Below, one piece after another: positions 37,914 to 45,969 of a stretch of DNA of 54,071 bases. This DNA comes from Bacteroidales bacterium. GTDB taxonomy: Bacteria; Bacteroidota; Bacteroidia; Bacteroidales; VadinHA17. Every line of letters starts with the position of its first letter. The stretch's first letter is position 1. The position numbers and the translations under genes are program-made. The stretch is from NCBI GenBank assembly GCA_016936435.1, contig JAFGXX010000001.1, positions 1 to 54,071 of the forward strand. The letters run 5' to 3'. The notes beneath the pieces were generated by a model that saw only the letters and a program-made list of their open reading frames with translations, was not told the DNA's origin and did not search any database.

Positions 37914-39218
37914 ATGAAAGAGAAAAGAAAAGAAACCAGAAGGGATTTCATCAAAAAGTCGGCAGGAGCAGCAGCACTGCTTTCCATGCCTACCATTGTG
38001 TCATCAAGTGCATTTGGCGCAAATGATAAGACCACCGTTGCCGTAATAGGAGTCAACGGCCGTGGAGGAAGCCACATATCGGGATTTATGCAGCAGCCTG
38101 ATTCCGAGGTGGTATGCCTCTGCGATTGCGACCTGAATGTGCTTAACAGGAGGGTGGGTGAATTTGAGAAAAAATATAATAAAAAACTTATCCAGCACCA
38201 GGATCTCCGCAGGGTCTTTGAAGACAAGTCGATTGATGCCGTGAGTATAGCCATGCCCAACCACTGGCATTCACTTGCGACTATCTGGGCCTGCCAGGCC
38301 GGGAAAGACGTTTATGTTGAAAAACCGGGTTCCCATAATATTTACGAGGGAAGAAAAATGGTTGAGGCTGCCAACAAATACGACAGGATCGTTCAGCACG
38401 GTGTTCAGCTGAGAAGCTCTGTAGCTGTCAGGGAAGCCATTCAGCACCTGCGCGACGGACTTATCGGTAATGTTTACATGGCAAGAGGGCTGGTTTTCCG
38501 CTGGCGTGGTGACATAGGTAAAAAAGGTCCCGGAAAAATTCCCGAAGGCCTCGATTATGATCTTTGGACAGGCCCGGCAGCAATGCTTCCCTACTCGGAA
38601 GACTGGGTTCACTATAACTGGCACTGGCAGTGGAACTACGGTAACGGTGATGTGGGAAACCAGGGCATACACGAAACCGACCTGTGTATGTGGGGCCTCG
38701 ATGTGGGTTTGCCTGAAATAATTACAGCCGGAGGAGGTAAATTCCTCTTCGACGACTCCAAGGAGACACCGGAAGTTCTGGCTTCAACATATATCTATCC
38801 GAAGGAGAAAAAGATGATAGAATTTGAAGTGAGACCTTGGATAACCAACAGCGAGAATGGTGCTACGGTTGGTAACATTTTCTACGGAAGCGAGGGCTAT
38901 CTGGTTGTTTATAACTACGACCGTTATGAATCCTTCCTTGGCAGGAATAACAAGCCGGGTCCTTCTAGGCGTGAAGGAGGAGACCATTATGCCAATTTCA
39001 TCAAGGCAGTCAGGGCTCACGACAAATCTATTCTTAACGGACCTGTCGAAACAGCTCACCTGTCATCAGGGCTGGCTCACCTGGGTAATATAGCCTACCG
39101 TACCGGGCGAACCCTGTATTTTGACCCGGCAAAAGAAAAATTCGTCAAGGACAAAGAGGCCGATAAATACCTCACTCGTCCGCCGCGCAAGCCCTTTGCC
39201 GTACCTGACGTGGTATAA
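37914..39218 (+). CDS. Tat-exported Gfo/Idh/MocA NAD-dependent oxidoreductase
   Basis: Tat signal TRRDFIKK, IGVNGRG, PNHWH, AGKDVYVEKP, DYDLWTGPA, NWHWQWNYGNG..GNQGIH..D. Confidence 0.92.
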   Translation: MKEKRKETRRDFIKKSAGAAALLSMPTIVSSSAFGANDKTTVAVIGVNGRGGSHISGFMQQPDSEVVCLCDCDLNVLNRRVGEFEKKYNKKLIQHQDLRRVFEDKSIDAVSIAMPNHWHSLATIWACQAGKDVYVEKPGSHNIYEGRKMVEAANKYDRIVQHGVQLRSSVAVREAIQHLRDGLIGNVYMARGLVFRWRGDIGKKGPGKIPEGLDYDLWTGPAAMLPYSEDWVHYNWHWQWNYGNGDVGNQGIHETDLCMWGLDVGLPEIITAGGGKFLFDDSKETPEVLASTYIYPKEKKMIEFEVRPWITNSENGATVGNIFYGSEGYLVVYNYDRYESFLGRNNKPGPSRREGGDHYANFIKAVRAHDKSILNGPVETAHLSSGLAHLGNIAYRTGRTLYFDPAKEKFVKDKEADKYLTRPPRKPFAVPDVV

Positions 39219-39253
39219 GAATTTTGTGTTTTCTACCCTTTTTTAATAACAGG

Positions 39254-39287
39254 CAGGGAAAAGTATTCTTCTTTTCCCTGTTTTTTT
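39254..39287 (+). terminator. Rho-independent terminator
   Basis: Perfect 10-bp stem CAGGGAAAAG/CTTTTCCCTG with a 7-nt loop, followed by T7. Confidence 0.8.
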
Positions 39288-39334
39288 GTGTATGCGGCAG
39301 AAAAAAAGTACGGTTTAACAGGCCCTGAAAATGA

Positions 39335-39889
39335 TCAGAGACTGTAGACAATCAGGAAAATAAGAGGTAAAAGAATCCCGGCGACAGTCAGTACAGCGCC
39401 TCTGCGGGTGATGCCGTTCCTTCCTTTCACAATGAAAAGCCCGGTAAGGGCGACAGTGATCAGGGCAATACAAAAGATGTCACTGAACCATTTCCACCAC
39501 GGGCCGGGATTGTAATGAAGGAAGTTTATCTGGAAAAAGAACGGTCTCCTGCTGATCTTCTCCACCACCCCTTTGCCGGTAGCTGCATCTACCTGTACAA
39601 AGCCACCGTCGATAAAGATATTGACAATATTTCCTGAAGGGTAATGTGATGTTTTGTACTTCAGCTGGCCCGGAAGCTCTGCAAGTATGTCGAGTGCAGT
39701 CTTGTCAGTGAAGGACTCCCTGTTTATATCGATGCTGGTGCTGAACCCGTAGCTGTCAATTATATAATTGGGGTTCCAGTCATTTTTGTGGTTAAGGGCA
39801 ATTCCGGAAAGGGCATAAATGATAGTCATGCCCGTTATAAGGTAACCTATATCACGATGTGTTACCCTGTTAAGTTTCGAAAGATTCAA
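39335..39889 (-). CDS. PepSY-associated TM-helix domain membrane protein
   Basis: R..HRDIGY, SGIALNH, FLHYNPG.WW.WFSD, LTGL. Three transmembrane segments. TTG start. Confidence 0.82.
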   Translation of the reverse strand: MNLSKLNRVTHRDIGYLITGMTIIYALSGIALNHKNDWNPNYIIDSYGFSTSIDINRESFTDKTALDILAELPGQLKYKTSHYPSGNIVNIFIDGGFVQVDAATGKGVVEKISRRPFFFQINFLHYNPGPWWKWFSDIFCIALITVALTGLFIVKGRNGITRRGAVLTVAGILLPLIFLIVYSL

Positions 39890-39899
39890 AGCCCTGAGC

Positions 39900-40436
39900 C
39901 TATTTAACTACCACATGCTTGTTATAAATCATCATCAGGTCGCTGAGGGCTGCCTGTCCTGCTACTGCTGCCTCTGTAGCACAATCTTCTCCCGATTCTG
40001 CTTTTTTTGTAGTGTTTTCCCCTGCTGCCGAATCGGATGAAGCTGCTTTCTCCAATCCTGCAACCATGGTTCCTTCTCCTGGTTTGTCAGCAGTTACAAT
40101 TTTTTCCAGCCTTCCTTCCACAGTCACGCTGCTTCCAACCAGCTCAACAGGAAATTTGGCTGCATTTTCTCCCGCAGAAATAAACAATCTCGTATCCGGA
40201 TCATCACCCACGATGAACATTTTTTTCCCTGTGTGCATGCACACATGAACCACTTTCCCTTCAACTTCAATATTTTTATCTACGTATTCAGATGGATTTT
40301 CAATCAGTGATGCGAACTCTACTTTAACAGACTGATTATCAGTAGTTATATCGTCAGAGACATCTTTGCTCTGCCTGCTTCCGCACGACGAAAACAGAAT
40401 TCCTGTAATTGCCAGTGTTATAAATATCCTTGTCAT
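39900..40436 (-). CDS. Lipoprotein with OB-fold-like domain and HVCxHxG motif
   Basis: Lipobox LFSS-C, YVDKNIEVEGKVVHVCMHTGK, LVGSSVTVEG, and a distal Cys in EDCATE. Confidence 0.75.
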   Translation of the reverse strand: MTRIFITLAITGILFSSCGSRQSKDVSDDITTDNQSVKVEFASLIENPSEYVDKNIEVEGKVVHVCMHTGKKMFIVGDDPDTRLFISAGENAAKFPVELVGSSVTVEGRLEKIVTADKPGEGTMVAGLEKAASSDSAAGENTTKKAESGEDCATEAAVAGQAALSDLMMIYNKHVVVK

Positions 40437-40628
40437 TCTTTTTATGGTTTTAAAGATTCAATACTTGAAGCTGCAATAATAATTATTTTATTTGGGATAT
40501 TACTTAATCACTGCGAATAAGGCTTATCAGAAGGAACTCTTAAAAAAACTTAAATATTAATCTATCTAACGTGGAATAAATACCTTTGATATATTGTCTT
40601 TATAATATTCAACCAAAAAAAAGAAAAA

Positions 40629-41183
40629 ATGAAAAAAGAATTTACTGGTTTTAAAGCTGCATTATCAGCGATGATAATTCTTGCGTTTCTTGCAATGCCC
40701 TTCACGATGGATGCACAGACAGGGAAGGCAAATTTTTCAGGGACATGGAGCCTGAATGCTGAAAAAAGCGATATGGGACCTGCCCGTCAGGGACAGGGAC
40801 AAGGGCAGCCTCCTCAGGGTCAGGGTCAGAGACCCGGCGGTTTTACAGGCGGAAGGGATTTTGTCGCAAAACAGGATGCAAATGTACTTACTGTTGAAAG
40901 GAGTTTTGGTGAGCAGACCATGGCTACAAAATATACTCTGGATGGTAAGGAGTCGGTTAACAGTACAGGCAGAGGTGAAAGCAAATCGGTAGCTACATGG
41001 TCGGCCGACGGCAAGTCTCTCAAAATTGTCACCACCCGTTCTTTCGAACGTGATGGGCAGACCACACAGATGAAGACCACAGAAGAGTGGACCCTCACCA
41101 GTCCTGCGGTTCTTACCATTAAGACCACCAGGGCTTCACAGCAGGGTGACAGGGTCACCACAGCCGTTTACGACAAGAAATAA
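40629..41183 (+). CDS. Secreted beta-rich (lipocalin/FABP-like) hypothetical protein with Gln/Gly low-complexity loop
   Basis: Signal peptide, NFSGTWSLN..KS motif, QGQGQGQPPQGQGQ loop, YTLDG, W.L.....L, terminal VYDKK. Confidence 0.8.
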   Translation: MKKEFTGFKAALSAMIILAFLAMPFTMDAQTGKANFSGTWSLNAEKSDMGPARQGQGQGQPPQGQGQRPGGFTGGRDFVAKQDANVLTVERSFGEQTMATKYTLDGKESVNSTGRGESKSVATWSADGKSLKIVTTRSFERDGQTTQMKTTEEWTLTSPAVLTIKTTRASQQGDRVTTAVYDKK

Positions 41184-41220
41184 TTCTGTCAGGGATACAT
41201 TCCTTTCAGTTGAAACAATG

Positions 41221-41260
41221 AAAAACGGGAGACTGTCTGAAGAGACAATCTCCTTTTTTT
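41221..41260. terminator. Probable bidirectional Rho-independent terminator
   Basis: A5, then stem GGAGACTGTC/GACAATCTCC (1 mismatch), then T7, between convergent genes. Confidence 0.75.
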
Positions 41261-41270
41261 ATCAGTAGTT

Positions 41271-42512
41271 TCACACAGCGTCCCTGAAACTATGATGTCC
41301 TTCAGGTATCTCAATGTAAATGGGGGTTCCCGGTTCAAGGCCGTCCCTGATGATTATGAATTTATCATTAGCCTGTCCCAGTGTCACTTTCTGACGCAGT
41401 CCGCTTTTCGTGTATACCACCGGGATGCTGTCGGAACCTGTGTGTACACATTCTGTAGGTATAAAGATCACATCTTCGAAAGTATTTATGATGATCTTGT
41501 TATTGGTTGTCATCGATGGCCTCAGGTTGAGGTCTGATCCGTCGAGTTTTATCATTACCTCAAAAACCTTTGTGTCGGAGTTGGGGAGCGTTTCACCAAT
41601 ATTTGCTATGGAAGTAATCGTTCCGGTGTACGATTTATCGGGGAAGGCATCAACGGTTATCACTGCCGGGAGCCCGACCCTGATCTTGCTGATTTCCACC
41701 TCACTTATATAAACTTTTGAAAGCATCGAGCTAAGATCAGGAAGTGTGGCTATAATTCGGTCGACAGCATTTACATTCATTCCGGCTTTCCGTTTTGTTC
41801 CCATCCTGGTTTTATAGTAGATTACCATCCCGTCGGCAGGTGCTGTTATCGTAAAAGCATCAAGAACCTCCTGGTAATCAGATACTCTTCTTTTCATCCT
41901 GCTCAGCCACATCTCACGGATCTGAACGTTTCTGTTTGTCTGGGCCATTCTCAGCTCATAGCTTCGATAAAGCTGTTCGAGCACCCTTTTTGCCTGCTCC
42001 ACATTGATCTCTGCCTCCCGTTGGGTTGTGGGTGGCTCGTATTTTGAATTCTTAAGGGTTATCTCAGCTTCCTCTACGTTGTGTATCTGGTTGGCTATCT
42101 GATCCCTTATGTTGTTCATCGTCATGGATGTGTCGAGAAGCAGCATCTGCATTTCCTCTTCCATCTCATCAACTCTCTCCTGTGCATCTTTCAAGGCATT
42201 GTCAAGTTCTGTTTTATCGAGAAGAGCTACATAATCACCTTTTTTCACTTCTGTACCCTCAGGGATGAGATCCGTGATCTTAACGCTGGTGGAACGTACA
42301 TCCCTGCCCTGAGAAAAGGCGGGACCCATAATATCGATCGAATTTTCAGCAAGAAGTTCTCCGGTGGCTGATACTGATATTTCAAACGGCCCCCTGTTTA
42401 CTTCAGCAAGTAATACTGACCTGTCATCCTTTGTTGTCAGCCTGTTGAAGACATACAGCACCAGCATTGCTGCAACAATAATAATTCCGGTAGTAATTAG
42501 TGTTTTTTTCAT
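41271..42512 (-). CDS. Efflux RND/MacA-type periplasmic adaptor subunit
   Basis: N-terminal transmembrane anchor, lipoyl halves (EGTEVKKGD, ITAPADGMV), long coiled coil, EVEISKIRVG, DAFPD..YTG, LRPSMT. Start set at ATG 42512. Confidence 0.88.
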   Translation of the reverse strand: MKKTLITTGIIIVAAMLVLYVFNRLTTKDDRSVLLAEVNRGPFEISVSATGELLAENSIDIMGPAFSQGRDVRSTSVKITDLIPEGTEVKKGDYVALLDKTELDNALKDAQERVDEMEEEMQMLLLDTSMTMNNIRDQIANQIHNVEEAEITLKNSKYEPPTTQREAEINVEQAKRVLEQLYRSYELRMAQTNRNVQIREMWLSRMKRRVSDYQEVLDAFTITAPADGMVIYYKTRMGTKRKAGMNVNAVDRIIATLPDLSSMLSKVYISEVEISKIRVGLPAVITVDAFPDKSYTGTITSIANIGETLPNSDTKVFEVMIKLDGSDLNLRPSMTTNNKIIINTFEDVIFIPTECVHTGSDSIPVVYTKSGLRQKVTLGQANDKFIIIRDGLEPGTPIYIEIPEGHHSFRDAV

Positions 42513-42879
42513 GTTTTTTCTGAAACCTGAACTGTACATTATTATTCAGCCTGTGAAATTACACAAAATGATCTGAACAGGAAGTTTTCAGAATAATATT
42601 TAACGATAATTAACACGGACCTGAGGCTGGTAATATTTTTCTTAGTAATTGCTAATCAATTTATTATATCCCTGTTTATTATTTTTGGTTACGATTACCG
42701 TAATTTTTCTCCGGACAGGAAATCTCTATTTTCCCCAAAAGTTCAGATGATCAGGGTTTAAGCAATGATGGGATGCTTCCCGTATTGCCCGCATTGATGG
42801 TCACCGACCGACATACTGAGGCAGCTGACTGTTGCATTTATTTCATGTGACAAATAATTCCTTATTTTTATCCTTTAAG

Positions 42880-44553
42880 ATGAAAAATTTATTGATTATG
42901 AAAAGATTTCCGGTTGCTTTGTTTTTTATTATCTGTACCCTGATGGCTCATGCTCAGTTCATGCCACCTGCTACAAAGGTTTTTACCCGGCAGGACAGCC
43001 TCAGAGGCTCCATAACACCTGAACGTGTATGGTGGGATCTTACTTATTACCACCTTAATATTAAAGTAAACCCTTCTGATTCGACACTATACGGCAGCAA
43101 TACAATTTCTTACCGCGTACTTGAACCGGCCGTTCTTATGCAGATCGATCTTCAGCCACCCCTGAACATCATCAAAGCTGAACAGAATGGCTTTACCCTG
43201 AATTATACACGTGAAGGGAACGTTTACAGGATCGAAATGAAGGAAAAACAAATTCCCGGTAAACTTTATTCACTTTTAATCACTTACGGAGGAAGACCGA
43301 AAATTGCAGCCAGGCCTCCGTGGGACGGTGGGATAACATGGAAAAAGGACAATAACGGACTCCCTTTTATTGCCAGTTCATGCCAGGGAGACGGCGCAAG
43401 CCTCTGGTGGCCATGCAAGGACCATATGTACGACGAGCCTGACAGTATGTTGATAAGCGTTACAGTACCCTCTTCCCTGATGGACGTATCAAACGGAAGA
43501 CTCAGGAGTGTGATCCGTAACCGGAAAGATAAGACAACAACCTATAACTGGTTTGTGGCCAATCCTATAAACAACTACGGTGTGAATATCAACATAGGTG
43601 ATTATGTCCATTTTTCTGAAGTATTCAAGGGAGAAAAAGGCGACCTCGACTGCGATTACTATGTTCTGAGAAACAACCTTGAAAAGGCGAAAGCTCATTT
43701 TAAACAGGTACCCATGATGCTTAGTGCATTCGAACACTGGTTCGGACCCTATCCCTTCTATGAAGACGGTTATAAACTTGTTGAGGCTCCGTACCTGGGG
43801 ATGGAACACCAGAGTTCGGTAACATACGGTAACGGCTATCAGAACGGATATCTGGGAAGAGACCAGAGCGGATCGGGATGGGGTGAAAAATTCGATTTCA
43901 TAATCATACATGAGTCTGGGCATGAATGGTTTGCCAACAGCATCACCTACGAAGATGTCGCAGATATGTGGGTCCATGAGAGTTTTATCAACTATTCAGA
44001 AAATCTGTTCGTGGAATACCATTACGGCAAGCATGCCGGAGCTGAGTATGTGCTGGGAACACGAAGGAGCATACGGAACGACAGGCCTGTGACCGGAATC
44101 TATGACGTAAACTTTTCGGGTTCAGCCGACATGTATTCAAAGGGTGGAAACATGCTACATACTCTCCGGCATGTCATCGGCGATGATCAGAAATGGAGAG
44201 AGCTGCTCCGGGGCCTCAACAGCGAATTTTACCACCAGGTTGTCAAAGGATCGCAGATAGAAAATTACCTGAGTGAGAAAACGGGCATGAACCTCAAACC
44301 CTTCTTTGACCAGTATCTCAGGGATGTCAGGATCCCCGTTTTTGAATACTATGTGAGCGGTACTGAACTTAATTTCAGGTGGAATAACTGTGTCCCGGGG
44401 TTTAATATGCCAGTAAGGATAATGATTTCAGGAGAACCGCTGATTGTAAATCCGTCATCCAGATTCAGCTCTGTTGAAACAGGAAAAACCACTGTAAGCA
44501 TAGTTGTTGACCCCGATTACTATGTTGCTTCAATGAACATTACCGGGAAATAG
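42880..44553 (+). CDS. Exported M1-family zinc aminopeptidase
   Basis: Signal peptide, WWPCKD, GMEHQ exopeptidase motif, HESGH-x18-E zinc motif, YSKG. Start is 42880 or 42898. Confidence 0.92.
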   Translation: MKNLLIMKRFPVALFFIICTLMAHAQFMPPATKVFTRQDSLRGSITPERVWWDLTYYHLNIKVNPSDSTLYGSNTISYRVLEPAVLMQIDLQPPLNIIKAEQNGFTLNYTREGNVYRIEMKEKQIPGKLYSLLITYGGRPKIAARPPWDGGITWKKDNNGLPFIASSCQGDGASLWWPCKDHMYDEPDSMLISVTVPSSLMDVSNGRLRSVIRNRKDKTTTYNWFVANPINNYGVNINIGDYVHFSEVFKGEKGDLDCDYYVLRNNLEKAKAHFKQVPMMLSAFEHWFGPYPFYEDGYKLVEAPYLGMEHQSSVTYGNGYQNGYLGRDQSGSGWGEKFDFIIIHESGHEWFANSITYEDVADMWVHESFINYSENLFVEYHYGKHAGAEYVLGTRRSIRNDRPVTGIYDVNFSGSADMYSKGGNMLHTLRHVIGDDQKWRELLRGLNSEFYHQVVKGSQIENYLSEKTGMNLKPFFDQYLRDVRIPVFEYYVSGTELNFRWNNCVPGFNMPVRIMISGEPLIVNPSSRFSSVETGKTTVSIVVDPDYYVASMNITGK

Positions 44554-44708
44554 AACTTTCCGAAAAAACTATTATTATAATTTCTATATTACTGTATATC
44601 AGTGATATGATATGGAATATGTATTGCCTGGAAGAGTTCCGTATTCGCTTTGGTATAAAAATTGTCTATGTAAAATCTTACTGACATTAAAACAGAACAG
44701 TTTTATTT

Positions 44709-44716
44709 TATATTTG
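44709..44716 (+). promoter_or_regulatory. -7 box (TATATTTG) for the beta-propeller gene
   Basis: Exact TAnnTTTG match followed by C, about 22 nt upstream of the ATG. Confidence 0.6.
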
Positions 44717-44737
44717 CGGAAACTCAAATAAAGGCTT

Positions 44738-45952
44738 ATGAAAAGGATATTGATTGCAATTGCACTGGCAGGTTTAAGCACGTTCATTTATTCACAGGAG
44801 CTGTCACAATGGCGCGGACCCGACCGTACAGGAATATACCGGGAGACAGGATTAATGAAGCAATGGCCTGCGGCAGGTCCGAAATTGTTATGGCAATATA
44901 CCGGTCTTGGAGGTGGTTATTCTTCAGCAGCGGTAACTTCAGGAGGCATTTTTATTACCGGCATGGTTAACGGTAACGGCGTCATTTATTCTCTCGACCA
45001 TAGCGGTAAACTGAAATGGAAAAAGGAGTACGGAAGGGAGTGGACTTCAAGTCATGAGGGCGTGAGAACGACACCGCTTGTGATAGGCAACAGGCTTTAC
45101 CTGTTCAGTTCCTTTGGTCAGCTCATCTGCATGAATACTGCTGATGGACAGATTATCTGGTCAGTAGATACTTTCAGGGAATACGGAGGCCGCAATATTG
45201 AATGGGGCGTCACCGAGAACCTGTTGTATGACGGTAATACACTGTATTGTTCACCAGGTGGTCCTGAAGCAAATATCATTGCAGTAGACAGAAATAGCGG
45301 AAAGCTTAAATGGAAGAGTCGTGGTGGCGACGAGAAATCGGCATACGGATCACCGGTTCTGATCAATCATGGAGGGAAGAAAATTCTTGTCGCCATGATG
45401 GAGAAGACTATACAGGCCTATGATGCAGCATCAGGACAGTTTATGTGGAAATATGATCATATAAACCAGTACAGTGTTCACCCGAATCCTCCATATTACA
45501 GCCAGGGGATGCTTTACTGCACCTCGGGTTATGGTAAAGGCGGTATTATGCTCAAGCTTTCGGCCGACGGCAAAAGTGTCACAAAAGTATGGGAGAATGC
45601 TCAACTGGATCCCAAGATAGGAGGTTTTGTCGTTCTCAACAGTAAAATTTACGGAGGAGGTGACAGGAACAGAAGCCTTTTCTGCCTGGACTGGAACAGC
45701 GGGAAAGTTGATTATTCCCTTCGTGACCTGGCTCCCTGCAACATAATATCAAATGACGGACTGCTGTATATCTATTCCGAGAGCGGCAGAGTTGCCCTGG
45801 CTCAGCCGGATGCCGGTAAATTCAATATAATAAGCACTTTCAGGGTTCCCATGGGTGAAGGGCCTCACTGGGCTCACCTTGTGATACACAACAAACGCCT
45901 CTATGTAAGACACGGTTCTTCCCTGATGGTATATGATATAGCAGCCCGTTAG
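44738..45952 (+). CDS. Exported PQQ-binding-like (BamB-like) beta-propeller protein
   Basis: Signal peptide, QWRGPDRTG, repeated A/C-x-D/N-xxx-G-xxx-W blade motifs (SLDHSGKLKW, NTADGQIIW, DRNSGKLKW, DAASGQFMW). Confidence 0.87.
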   Translation: MKRILIAIALAGLSTFIYSQELSQWRGPDRTGIYRETGLMKQWPAAGPKLLWQYTGLGGGYSSAAVTSGGIFITGMVNGNGVIYSLDHSGKLKWKKEYGREWTSSHEGVRTTPLVIGNRLYLFSSFGQLICMNTADGQIIWSVDTFREYGGRNIEWGVTENLLYDGNTLYCSPGGPEANIIAVDRNSGKLKWKSRGGDEKSAYGSPVLINHGGKKILVAMMEKTIQAYDAASGQFMWKYDHINQYSVHPNPPYYSQGMLYCTSGYGKGGIMLKLSADGKSVTKVWENAQLDPKIGGFVVLNSKIYGGGDRNRSLFCLDWNSGKVDYSLRDLAPCNIISNDGLLYIYSESGRVALAQPDAGKFNIISTFRVPMGEGPHWAHLVIHNKRLYVRHGSSLMVYDIAAR

Positions 45953-45969
45953 TTCCGGTTCGCTATTAA

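Noticed and set aside
44586-44787. Inverted repeat ATATTACTG/CAGTGATAT and a 62-aa minus-strand ORF
   Set aside because: The stem is short and AT-rich with no U-tract. The ORF overlaps the promoter and start of the propeller gene.
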